Origin: Bilabrum cf. latius
Lineage: Eukaryota
Reading direction: 5' to 3'
Assembly (NCBI GenBank): GCA_965178125.1
Contig: OZ237774.1
Span: forward strand, 372,001 to 436,000
Length of the DNA: 64,000 bases
The number at the start of each line of letters is the position of its first letter. Position 1 is the stretch's first letter. A program made the position numbers and the translations under genes. This document shows positions 49,451 to 60,761 of this stretch, piece after piece. The notes under the pieces were generated by a model. It was not told where the DNA came from. It searched no databases and saw only the letters and a list, made by a program, of their open reading frames with translations.

Positions 49451-50398
49451 GCTCGTCCGCCCTGCGCACCCGCACCTTGCCGCCGGTGGCGTGCTCCTCG
49501 TCGGCCTGATTCCGAGCACTTGCCCCGCCCGCCCTCCTCCGAGGCCCGCTTCCCTGTGGCCTCAATGAGCTTTTTGCTGCTTGGATTCCTTTTTTTCTTT
49601 TTTTGCTTTCTTTTCATTCTTCGTCATGGTGCTGGAAGCCCTCCCACTGCTGGGCTCGTCCGCCCTGCGCACCCGCACCTTGCCGCCGGTGGCGTGCTCC
49701 TCGTCGGTCGGATCCCGAGCACTTGCCCCGCCCGCCCTCCTCCGAGGCCCGCTTCCCTGTGGCCTCAATGAGCTTTTTGCTGCTTGGATTCCTTGTTTTC
49801 TTTTTTTGCTTTCTTTTCATTCTTCGTCATGGTGCTGGAAGCCCTCCCACTGCTGGGCTCGTCCGCCCTGCGCACCCGCACCTTGCCGCCGGTGGCGTGC
49901 TCCTCGTCGGCCTGATTCCGAGCACTTGCCCCACCCGCCCTCCTCCGAGGCCCGCTTCCCTGTGGCCTCAATGAGCTTTTTGCTGCTTGGATTCCTTGTT
50001 TTCTTTTTTTGCTTTCTTTTCATTCTTCGTCATGGTGCTGGAAGCCCTCCCACTGCTGGGCTCGTCCGCCCTGCGCACCCGCACCTTGCCGCCGGTGGCG
50101 TGCTCCTCGTCGGCCTGATCCCGAGCACTTGCCCCGCCCGCCCTCCTCCGAGGCCCGCTTCCCTGTGGCCTCAATGAGCTTTTTGCTGCTTGGATTCCTT
50201 GTTTTCTTTTTTTGCTTTCTTTTCATTCTTCGCCATGGTGCTGGAAGCCCTCCCACTGCTGGGCTCGTCCGCCCTGCGCACCCGCACCTTGCCGCCGGTG
50301 GCGTGCTCCTCGTCGGTCGGATCCCGAGCACTTGCCCCGCCCGCCCTCCTCCGAGGCCCGCTTCCCTGTGGCCTCAATGAGCTTTTTGCTGCTTGGAT
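49451..50398. repeat. Tandem array, ~4.7 copies of a 203-bp unit
   Basis: The unit recurs at 49451, 49654, 49857, 50060 and 50263, and the ORF track repeats with period 203. Confidence 0.95.
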
Positions 50399-51341
50399 AT
50401 CTTCTTTGCTTTTTCTCTTGCTGGTAAGGGTGGGAAGTTATGCTCTTTGGATCTTTGGTTGTTTGTGACTGGTTTAAAAAAAATAAAATCAATTCTACTT
50501 CCAAATTGGTTGAACTTTTGAATTGAGCCTGGGGATCTTTTCATCTCCAGATAAGCATTGCTGTTCTTTGTGTTGTCAGGGTGTTGCACATGCTTTATGT
50601 CGTGATGCCCTTGCCGCAGCCTTGCGAGCCAGCCAAGGCGGTGTGGATGACCGGCATCATTGCAACTGATAGCTCCTATGATGGGTTCAGCCTAGGTGAG
50701 CATGGTAGCTGCGAGCTGTGAGGCCGGTTGGATGGGCAAAGGGCTGGTCGGACAAGAGCCACTCCACGCCCTACCACCAACCCAGGTTGGGGATGCACGG
50801 CGCAGTGCCGGAGGCTTGGTGAAAGAACACAGGGGGCTGGCCATGGCACGGCCGCTTCCAGTGCCAGTGGAGTGCAATCGTCACGACTGCCACTGGTGGC
50901 ACACTGGCAGACTGGCTGCTGGCAGTGCAATTCGACATTCGTTCGTTAGAGTTCGTTCGTTCCTTGTTGCATTACCACCGCTGCTAGTTGTTTGCAGTAC
51001 ACTGTTGTGATTGAATCTATCCTTGACTCTAAAGTAAGCCATTTGGAATCAGACCACATTAGATGTTGCTTGCCACCTCGAGATGCTGCGTGACGACCGT
51101 CTGCCATTTACTTCAGTCTGAGCATAGATACATCTCAGCTACACTGAAGGCCGCAGTGGACACTAAATTTGTTTTGCAAGAATTCATATGGGGGCACTCC
51201 GGGCTGTGTTTGACTGCGTGTGCGTTTTCGCTGCGCGTCAATGCGGTTTTGCGGATAAACTGAGTTGTCAATGCCTGTCGCGCCTCTGTCGTGATCCGTT
51301 ACATGTAGCGTCAGATACCTGTTTTGTCCATGTATTTGCAG

Positions 51342-52224
51342 GTGCTCTTGTGATTTGGTTTGGCAGCTATCGTGGGATGAAGGCTGGGCATCATGCGCTG
51401 GAGGGAGGGCCCAGCGATTCGTACCCAAGGCCAGCCCCAGCACCAGCGCCAGCGCCGCAGGACGCGAATACCGGCGCTACACCCACGGTACTCCACAGCA
51501 GCTTCACATTGTCCACTGCCACGGCAGCAGCAACGGCGGCGTCCGAATCAGAGTACTCGACCGATTGCAGGCCGTGCGAGTGCTGCCCCGGCTTCTGCAA
51601 CTGCCCCACGGACCGTGTCGGCTGGGCCCACTGCCTGTGGTGGCGCTGCGCGTCCCAGCAGTGCACAGCCACTCTACTTGGCGTGGTCATGGGTCTACTG
51701 CGGGCCCTCATGCCCATGATCTTCGCCGCTGTGGCCTGTCTCGCCTACGTGGGTGCCAACGCTTGGATCCTCCGAATGAGCGGGGGCCCGGTTTTGATGC
51801 GGCCCCTGATCATCGCCGCCATGGGGCTGGCTCTGGTGCAGGGCAGTTTGGCCATGTCCACTTTGGCCACCTCCACCACGGGGCTGCTGGAGCCGATCGA
51901 CACGGACAGCCTCAGCTTTTCCCTGCTGATGGGACACGCAGGGGTGGGCGTCGCCATGTTTTGCCTGAATGCGTACCTGCACCTGTCGGGGCTTGTGGAC
52001 GAGGTCATCGATGAGGCCAGGGAACAAGAGATGGAGAAGGTTCGCTCGGGGAAGCTGTCGGGGCTGGGGGTTGGGGCCACGGCAGGGGACCGAGCTGCAC
52101 GGGTGGTGACGATTGGCATGCCTGTCCCCGTGACTGGGGTAGGTGCAGGCAGGTCTGCTTCCTCTTCGGCACCGCGCATTCCGGGACAAGTGACCCGCCA
52201 AGGAATAGGAAAGGAATTGCAGGC
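51342..52224 (+). CDS. Exon encoding a multi-TM, Cys-rich membrane region (possibly an upstream exon of the Clu/TPR gene)
   Basis: TTTGCAG acceptor at 51341; several hydrophobic segments (LLGVVMGLLRALMPMIFAAVACLAYVGA; LIIAAMGLALV; LLMGHAGVGVAMFCL); GTGAGT donor at ~52225. Confidence 0.5.
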
Positions 52225-52342
52225 GTGAGTTCCCTCCATTGGGACGGTGCAAGGCGGCTCGGGACAAGTGACCCGCCAAGGAATAGGAAAGGAATGGCAG
52301 GCGTGAGTTCCCTCCATTAGGACGGTGCAAGGAGGCTCGGGA
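52183..52342. repeat. Two tandem copies of a 78-bp unit spanning a putative exon end and splice donor
   Basis: GGGACAAGTGACCCGCCAAGGAATAGG...GGCTCGGGA at 52183 and 52261. Confidence 0.9.
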
Positions 52343-53257
52343 TCTATCTGCAGCTGGGATCCAATCCATGCGAGCAAGCGTTCACTCTGGGCTTGCAAGC
52401 GCTCCCCATCGACTCCGTTCGTTCGTGGTAGTGGTGGGATGCAGCCGCATATGCCAGCGGACAAACCCAGTGGAGGGGCAGAGGCTGGCCAAGCGACGTC
52501 TGAGTGTGACGAGTGAGGCCCGGGCCGGGGATTCGTGCATCGCCACCTTGCCGCAGCACAGGAGACCGTGTTTCGTTCCTGGTCCCGGGCGAGACATCGC
52601 CTGCGTCCATTGGAGGTCTATCGACGGGCCCGACCGGCCTGTGTGCCGCCTGGTGATGAGGTCGGCTGGGCTGGCGGCGGGGCGGTAGCTGGATTCGGCG
52701 GATGTCAGCGGGCCTGTCACCGAAGGGTATCCTGGTGCAAGGGTATGTTTTTTGTGGGGAAGTGGGGTTCTGTTTGCCCGTGCCTGCAGCCTTGTCGTGG
52801 TGCAACCTCCTTCATCACATAGGCGCCGCACTGTCGACGCGGGCTTTGAAGTTCTGCAGGTGGCTTGACGTTGGGGTTTCGGTGATTTCAATGACGAAGA
52901 CTCTGGTCTGGGTATAACCGGTCTCCTCATCCGTCCTTTCGCTGGGTTCAAGTCACGGTGTCATGGTTCCGCAACTAGAAGTCTACGCACGGGCGGCGCC
53001 GGGAGCACCACAGAGAAGACGCCATTGAGCGGTTACACGTCGTCTCGGTCCTTTTGCACGCTCAGGACGCTGGTATCAATGATGTAGGAAGATCCACGCG
53101 GTGCAAGCAGCACGACTGAGCTGTAGTAGGGTAAGAAGAATGTTGCAGCATCCACAAGGTCAACCCGAATCCACGATCGTGTTTGCCGGCTGGTTGACTA
53201 CCCTTCACTTCATGGTTGCCAATTCTTAGAATACATGCAACCTAATTTGACATAGCA

Positions 53258-56200
53258 GTGATTCATGAGTCCATTGGTATGTCTACGGTCCCTGGAGGGG
53301 GAGACCGAGTTGAACCACCTACCTTTTCCACAAGCGAAGAATCTCCAGCTGTAGCCACAAAGGCAATCGATGTTGCGTGTGCTAGCATTACATACGAAGC
53401 CATCGATGATCGCGTCTGCGCAGAGCCGGCATCTGGTGCAGGAACATACAAACCATTGGTCATTCATTCGGCAAATGCCATTTCGGATGCTGCGTGTGGC
53501 GGCGATCTGGGTTAGGTTACATCCGGAGGACAAGCCTCGAGGCCAGTTACAGCTAAGGAAATCCCGACGTAGCTTTTGCTCGACCAGGCAGCTGCCGCTG
53601 TTTCCTCTGCGGGGCCTGGCATCGACCGGCAGTCCGAATTCGAGGCGGCCAAGCGGACCGTGGCGCTGACGCCGCACGAGACGCAGGAGCGAAGCAAGCA
53701 ACTGGAGGCCGTAGGAGAGGCCTTCACGCGGGATGTGCGAGGAGTACTGAGGAACTTCCCGCCGGTTACACTACGGTAGAGGGAAGGGGCGGGCGCGGCG
53801 CCAGGGACTGCGATCGGTTTCACGGCGGAAGACGTATCGGCAATCGAGGGGGCGACGGGGCTCAAGTTCGTGGACGTAGGGGGTCACGCTGGGGGTATCA
53901 AGGCCGTGCACGAGGGCCGTGGGCTGTTCCTAAAGTTCGCATTCGACCAGGAGGGCATCTACCAGAGTGCCGCCATGGCGGCCAAGGCGGCCAAACGGGA
54001 GGCGGCGGCGAGTCGGTGGGTGCACGCGATGGACAGCGTGCACCTGTCATCTCCATTGCTGCAGTGCATGGATCTGGTAGTGGGATCCGACGAGAAATAC
54101 GGTAGCTATCGCGTGTTGCGGGTGCAGGTGTACGCCCAGGTAGATGTGCAGGGCTTCGACGGCCGTGACCGGTCGACTTGGGGCAGCATGACACTGCGTG
54201 TAGGGTCATCGGACGGCGGACTCTCCATGAATGTGGACGAGGAACAACTAGACGACGCGGTAAAACCCTTGGCGTCTCACTTTTTCCTCTCGCCGGGACA
54301 ATCAGTGGGCCTAAACCGTCTGCTGTCCCACTCGTACCAGAGAGTGCCTCGCCGATCTAGCGATGGCGTCTTGGAAGCTAGTAAAGGGCCAGTCGGAGAT
54401 GTTTCCGTCAGCAAGGGCGATGGAGCCACGCACTACCGGAGCGTCCTGGACTTCATGTTGCACGAGCAGGGCATGAAAGAAGAGGACCTGGCTGGCCTGA
54501 GGAGAGACTGCAGCACGAGGCTAGACCGTGTAGGTGGCGAGGGGGGAGGGGAACAACGCGATGACGCTCTCGTTGTGGGTGGTGCGGACAGTATGACGCT
54601 AGAGGAGCAAGCACTGGCACAGGAGATTCAGGGCACCATCAAGGCCAGCGGAGCCGACCTGGACCACCGGTTGGACGAAAGGAACGTGCTGCACAAGCTG
54701 TCCGAATCTGACATGAGGGGTCGAGCGGTGGAGCTGATTCTACCGTTCGATGTGGAGGTGCATCAGCTACCAAGTGGCTAGAGAATGGTGCTGGACACGC
54801 ACCGACTGCTGATCCCCGACGTGGCTTGGATGGATTGGGCGAGGCATACTGAGGTTGCTAGGCCCCGTGTGTGGGCTTTGGATTTGCGAGTTTCTTCCGC
54901 GGATGGCTGCTTGCCAGCAGTTGTGCAGGGCTGCTTGGCGGAACTGGATGTTCGACACACACCTCGCTGGCCTCGTGACTTTGACCGTTTGTCAGTCGCA
55001 TTGACGCAATGGGCAAAGGAGTCATTGGGAGATGATACGATCCAGTTCCCTGTAGAAGGAATGAAGCTTTTTGCTAATGCTGGCTGCATCATGTGTGAAG
55101 GGAAAAGTCCAGCAGGTACTGGATCTAGATCCATATCCAGCCTTGCAGCAGGTGCAGATACGCGGAATGTGGGCGTAGACTGTCCACTCGATGCGAAGCC
55201 CCATCCGGATCCACACGTGATCGTGGTTGCGTCTTGCCCTCGCTGGTATTATTGCGGCAACTCTAGTCTGACTTGCCTGCTGCCACCTGAAGCGGCCCCC
55301 CGGCTCCGCGAGCTGTGCCCGCACGATTGCGCCGATCTCAGCCCGGATGGCATCATGTGCGGGAATCCCGAGGCTATGAAGGCGGCTCGAGAGGCTCAGC
55401 AACTTCTGTACGCAGAGGCAGTGAAGGAGGGACCGGCCGCCGTTCTGCGGGAGATTGAGGGAGAGCTTGTGATTATTGAAACAGAGACCACAGATGCGGC
55501 CGGCCGAGAAGGTCGCTCGCTGCCGCTTCCAATGTACCGCCGGGCGTTGAAGCGGGCCATGCACTCGCTGGGCCTGGGGCTGCGGCATGCGAGGCTCGTG
55601 CTGGACGACGCCTCGCTGGCGGGACACAGGGACCGGCTGTACGAGAGTATGACCTTGCGAGGCGCATCGCTCGGGGGCAGTGGTGCCTCCCAGGTAGCGT
55701 CGGCTCTAGCCTCCTTCGTGGGCGGCACGACGATGCTGCCCCTTGAGGTGGCTTGTCAGGCTCGTTGCTTTGCGTCGAAGGGTTTGCTGCCGCTGCGCCC
55801 CCTCTCAAGAGCTGCTTTGGCTGGTATACACGAGAGCCAGAAGTAGTAGCCTCGTGGTATGATTGGTAGCCTCGACAGCCGAGACTCATGCGTTGGTGTG
55901 AGAATGGCCGTGACCGGTAGCAAGGCGCGGCACGAGAAGGGCAGCAGCGTGTCGGCAGCAATCCGAGAGCTTGCTCACCTCCAGCGAGTTGGAGGCTCGA
56001 TGGAGGGCGAGTTTATTGGCGTGCTTTCTTCGATGTGCAGCCGGTCGTCCGGGACGTGGCGTGAGATGCTGCAGTGCAAGGTACGCCTGGGATCAATGCT
56101 TGTGGGTGCTGGTAGTGCTTGCGTTGCGTTGCAGGGCATCGCGAGCTGCTTGCAAATGATGGGCAGATACGATGAGGCCCACCTACTCTATGGAGAGTGC

Positions 56201-57355
56201 GTACGGATGTAGGCACTTGCTGTAGGCAAAACACACCCTGACTACGCAGAGGCCTTGAACGATATGGCCAATTGTTTGGAAGTAATGGGCAGATATGACG
56301 AGGCTATGGAGCTGTACGTTAAATGCCGTGATGTTCGCGAATCAGCTCTGGGCAGTGGACATACTGATTATGGAAGGACGTTACGTGACACAGCAAACTG
56401 CCTGGAGGCAATGGGGAGGTACGATGAGGCCATGGAGCTGTACAAGTTGTGCACGAGCAATCGTGAGTCAACTCCTGGCGAGCATGACCATCCTGACTAC
56501 GCGAGGACGTTGGACGACATGGGGAAATGCCTGGAGGCAATGGGGAGGTACGATGATGCCATGGAGCTGTACGTGAAGTGCAAGGGTATTCGCGAGTCTT
56601 CTTTAGGTAGAGCACATCCTGACTTCGCGACTACATTAAACAGGACTGCTGTTTGTCTCTTCAAGTCGGGCAATAAACGAGAGGCACTGCAGTTGTTCAC
56701 GGAGTGCCGAGATATCAGGGCAATGGCTCTTGGAAAAAGGCACAACGAGTACGCAAAGGCGTTGAACAACATTGGTGTATGCCTTGAGGAGCTTAAAAGG
56801 CATGAGGAGGCCTTGTCAATTCATTCAGAGGTTCGGGAGATCCGGGAGCATACGGTAGGCAAGAAGCACCCATCGTATTCCTTGACACTCAATAATCAAG
56901 GCGTATGCTTGCTCCGTCTTTGCAGATACAGTGAGGCCTTGGCAGTTTTATTGCAATGTCGAGACCTGTCGGTTTCAACTCTAGGGCGGACCCATCCTCG
57001 CAGCGCGGTGACGTTAAGCAACATTGGTCGTTGTTTGACGCCCCTTGGGAGGCATGATGAAGCCATGGAGATATTTGTGGAGTGCAGAGGCATCCAAGAA
57101 GCGACAGTGGGCAAGCAGCATCCTGATTATGCGAAGACACTGTACGGACTTGCTTCTTGCTTGCATGCAATGGGCAGGCACGATGAAGCCTTGGAGGTGT
57201 GCATGGAATGCAGGAGTATTCGCCAGTCAGCCCTTGGCAAGCAACATCCGGATCTCATAGAGACGCTTTAGAAGCAAGCTGAGTGCCTTGGTGCCCTCAA
57301 ACGCGACAAGGAAAGGCAGGCAGTACTCGCGTAGATTGAGCAGTTGTTGCCTTGA
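53258..57355 (+). CDS. Clu-domain plus C-terminal 42-aa TPR-array protein (last exon; 5' exons upstream)
   Basis: One frame broken only by TAG (including TAGTAG at 55844-55849) to TGA 57353-57355. Clu-like motifs: GGHAGG...LFLKFAFDQEGIY...AAKAA, VGSSDGG, PFDVEVH...LDTHRL, MHSLGLGLRH. About 9-10 repeats of G..HPDYA.TL...A.CL..MGRYDEA. Confidence 0.75.
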
Positions 57356-57967
57356 ACGGGGGGGACAACAGGTGGTGGTAGGTACACCAAGCGTTTAGGA
57401 CGAGGGCTACGCTACGCTCGCCCCTCCTTTAAAGGCATATTTAGCAACTCAAGTGTTTCCCCTATAAACCTAAATGATTTCACAGGGGGTTCCCCAAGAA
57501 CCCCTATAGAACCCCTCTATGTACCCATTTTCAGATATAAAATTTACTCCTACGAAGTAGGGGTAAATTGAAGAATTCTAATATTTAACCCCCTTATAAA
57601 CTCTAACAGCAAAGACAGAGATGTTTTAGTAAAGTAGGAAAAAATGAAGAAATTAACCAAGTGTCCAAAATATCTCTGTGTTTGCTGTAGGAACGGAAGG
57701 ATGAATTCCCAAGAGACCAAGAGACCAACCGAGGATTTCCCCAAGAGAACAAGGTATTTTATCAAGAGACCGAGGTATGTTCCCAAGCGACAAACCGATA
57801 AACCGACCGATGAACCGACCGATGAACCGACCAAGGATTTCCCAAGGATTTCCCAAGGATTTCCCAAGCGACTAAATTGTTCTCCGAAGCAACCAAACCG
57901 ATTACCCAAGAGATGATACATTATAAGGAAAACGAAAACGTATTTTAAGTCCCTTTGGAAAAGTCCC

Positions 57968-58330
57968 CCAAGATGCTCGGGCTTTGCCCTCCGCTCTTTT
58001 GATATCTTTTTCAAAGATTAAAATTGAGAGATTTTACAGGTCAATTATAAGAGACTTAGAAAAAATAAATTAAGTTCCCAAGATGCTCGGGCTTTGCCCT
58101 CCGCTCTTTTGATATCTTTTTCAAAGATTAAAATTAAATGTTGTAATTCCTATGATGCCACCATAAAAATTAAAAGGAAAATAAAAAACAAATTATAATT
58201 GTTTTCCAATTAAAAACACAAAAATTGATTGAAAAATTTTGACAATATAGGATACAAAGAAATATTAAAATTAATTTTCCAAGATGCTCGGGCTTTGCCC
58301 TCCGCTCTTTTGATATCTTTTTCAAAGATT
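57968..58330 (+). repeat. Three copies of a 52-bp direct repeat in the non-coding left end (putative terminal repeat region)
   Basis: CCAAGATGCTCGGGCTTTGCCCTCCGCTCTTTTGATATCTTTTTCAAAGATT at 57968, 58078 and 58279. Confidence 0.95.
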
Positions 58331-58524
58331 GGATTTCCCAAGAGATGATAATTAAGACCATTCTATATCACTATAGTAAATGAACCCATTTTTAAAGGAG
58401 TTGATGATAGAGCATATTGTCAAGCAAATTAATCCACGTATTTGGAAAAAATTACACGAAAAACTAAAGGAATACAAGAAGCTCGGGCTTTGATATAAGT
58501 AGAAGACTATACTATAAAGTACTT

Positions 58525-58809
58525 ATGAAGCTACATACCTACGATTTTGAAAAGGTTGTTGAGAATTTTCTATTTAAAGCACCCTCAAGACGCAAGAATA
58601 AGAAGTATGATGTTTTTGACGAAAATGATGAATATATTACATCGTTTGGTGATAGGCGGTATTAGCAATTTTACGATAGAATAGGGTATTACAGCCATTT
58701 AAATCATTTAGATACGGACCGCCAATTTAGATACTTCAAACGACACGGTATCGAAGTAAAACCAAGAACCCCAAAGTTCTTCTCACATTTTTACCTTTGG
58801 AGTTCATAA
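58525..58809 (+). CDS. Tlr6F-like (DUF5754-type) small conserved protein of virophages, PLVs and Polintons, 94 aa
   Basis: SRRKNKKYDVF...ITSFGDRRY[TAG]QFYD...HLDTDRQFRYFKRH...PKFFSHFYLW; ends in TAA. Absent from the ORF track because of the TAG at 58663. Confidence 0.8.
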
Positions 58810-59340
58810 ATGACACGTCAATAAATACACTAATTCATCAGGATTTAATGTATGTTTCTTACAAACCTTATCCACCCACTTTTTATACTAATCAGCGTTT
58901 TTTCCCCTATTCCAAAGACGAACTATACAATGTCTCCCGCAGGTTGCTATATCCATTCCATCCGCCTAAAACTAATATGGGTTATAGTCAATCTTATACG
59001 GAGAATGATACATTAAATATATTAACTCAGGGTCTTCATAAAAACGTTTCCGCACGCTTTCACTCATTGTGTGCTATTGCCTATCAGGACGAATTCCATA
59101 ACTGTCAAAGAAGTATATTGTTTTATTACGCTTAAATAAGCACACCCAGTGTCCAGAATTTATTTCTTCTTGGTATAGAATGATACAACAATTACAACGA
59201 CTAAATAATCCATCAATACTATTGTACTATCCTAATTCTGTATATGGAACGATGTTTACCGACGTAGGAAGAAACCCCTTAATATTTGGTGGAGTTTGGA
59301 GGAGAACACGAATATCACTATCGCTAAGAGCATAATCCAT
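58804..59340 (-). CDS. Virophage maturation cysteine protease (adenain/Ulp1-like clan CE), 178 aa
   Basis: MDYALSDSDI...IILYQEEINSGHWVCLFK...IYFFDSYGIRPD...YNPY[TAG]F[TAG]ADGMDIATCGRHCIVR gives the His, Asp, Gln, Cys catalytic set. Five in-frame TAGs; ends in TGA. Confidence 0.92.
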
Positions 59341-59529
59341 ATATATTTATTATAGAAACATATATTGGGGGAGATGAATTCTCTTAACCACTATTTAAGC
59401 GTAGAAGTATTTCTACAAAATCCGTTTTGGAATTTGTGGATAGCATAAAAGACAATCATTCAAAATAAGTTTTCAACAAAAAGACAAAACACTTTAGAAA
59501 AAATAAAAACATATAGTAAATACACTAAA

Positions 59530-60432
59530 ATGGCTCATTTTTCTTGGAAGGAAACTACAAAATCAACACCCATCGCATATGACACTCACGGAAAACGTAT
59601 TTTATACACGGCGGAAAACACAGACAACCAATTTGGAGATGATAGTATGTCATTTTAGGATTTTCAAGTATCATCACTTACAGGGAAACGATTTCCGCAG
59701 AGGAAAATGGATTTATTAGCACGACACTTAATCAAACAGGTCGAACCCCTAGACGAAGACATCAAATACTTGTATGAAAAAGCATAGGAAAAGAAACATA
59801 AAGAGATTACATTAAAATAGGGTGAATTCCAATCATTACCAAATTTAAACGGAAGAGAGGTAATATATATCACCGCACCATCAGGTGCTGGGAAGTCTAC
59901 TTGGGTTTCCAAGTATGCTAAGAATTATCATAGAATGTTTCCAAACAGGAGAATTATTTTATTTTCACGAGTATAGTAGGATAAAGTCTTAGATGAAGTG
60001 AAAGGACTGAAAAGGATTATTTTAAATGAGGAACTGGTGGAGAACCCGATTGATATTCATTAGGAATTAAGGGACGCCTTAGTAATCTTGGATGATATTG
60101 ATACAATCAAAGATAAGAAGTTAAGGGAAGCCCTCAATCATTTACAGGATGAAATATTATAGGTTGGAAGACATTCAAATACTTCTGTATTAATCACAAG
60201 TCATTTATCTACCAACTATAAAAGTACCCGAATTATTCTTGCGGAAAGTCATAAGTTCGTTATATTCCCTTAGTGTTCTTCCGCACATTCTCTAAGGTAT
60301 TTACTAAAAAATTATATAGGACTTGAGAAACAAGAAATCTCTAAAGTCTTAAAAATGCCTTCTAGGTGGGTATGTGTCCACAGGAATTACCCGAGGTATT
60401 TATTAGGAGAAAAGTAGGCTTACCTTATGTAA
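59530..60432 (+). CDS. A32-like FtsK/HerA DNA-packaging ATPase, 300 aa
   Basis: Walker A IYITAPSGAGKSTW, Walker B LVILDDID, GRHSNTSVLITSH, TRIILAESH and MPSRWVCV. Nine in-frame TAGs; ends in TAA. Confidence 0.93.
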
Positions 60433-60461
60433 TTTTGGTCAAACTTTTTCTAAAAGTTTCT

Positions 60462-60701
60462 TTAAATAATATTCTATTCTCGTATATACCGACTTGCTTG
60501 AGGTAAACTCATACCAGTCTACTACATCACCATTTTTACAAGTTTATTGCGGCGTTTCATTTTGGCGCTCACTTTCCGCTTAGGCTTACTACGGCCTTTT
60601 CCAACTTTAATATGTTTGTTTTTAACTCTATTTAAAGCGTCTTGTTCTTTCTATAGCGCGAGTTGTTTGGTTCTCTATATAATCCACTTATCAATATCCA
60701 T
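60462..60701 (-). CDS. Small basic putative virion core/DNA-binding protein, 79 aa
   Basis: With TAG=Q the C-terminus reads ...GKGRSKPKRKVSAKMKRRNKLVKMVMQQTGMSLPQASRYIREQNII, resembling the R..LVK..M...G.SL..AS.Y motif I recall from virophage core proteins. Preceded by TATAGTATAATG; ends in TAA. Confidence 0.65.
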
Positions 60702-60761
60702 TATACTATACATGAACATAATTTATTTTTTGGCCAAGCTTTTTATAAAAGCTTATAGTAA

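Noticed and set aside
293-57170. Numerous long antisense or alternate-frame ORFs overlapping the called genes
   Set aside because: Expected shadow ORFs of GC-rich coding DNA; no recognisable domains.
1-57355. Interpreting the many stop-interrupted host genes as pseudogenes
   Set aside because: The interruptions are essentially all TAG, frames are preserved without indels, essential Rpn11 is affected, and TAGs sit at conserved Gln positions.
57968-58330. CRISPR-like or MIMIVIRE-like repeat-spacer array in the virophage end
   Set aside because: Only three 52-bp repeats with very unequal gaps (58 and 149 bp) and no associated nuclease; better explained as terminal-region direct repeats.
57550-58361. 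ORF-track ORFs in the element's left end (57550-58014, 57644-57916, 58170-58361)
   Set aside because: They are translations of short tandem and direct repeats with no recognisable motifs; probably non-coding.
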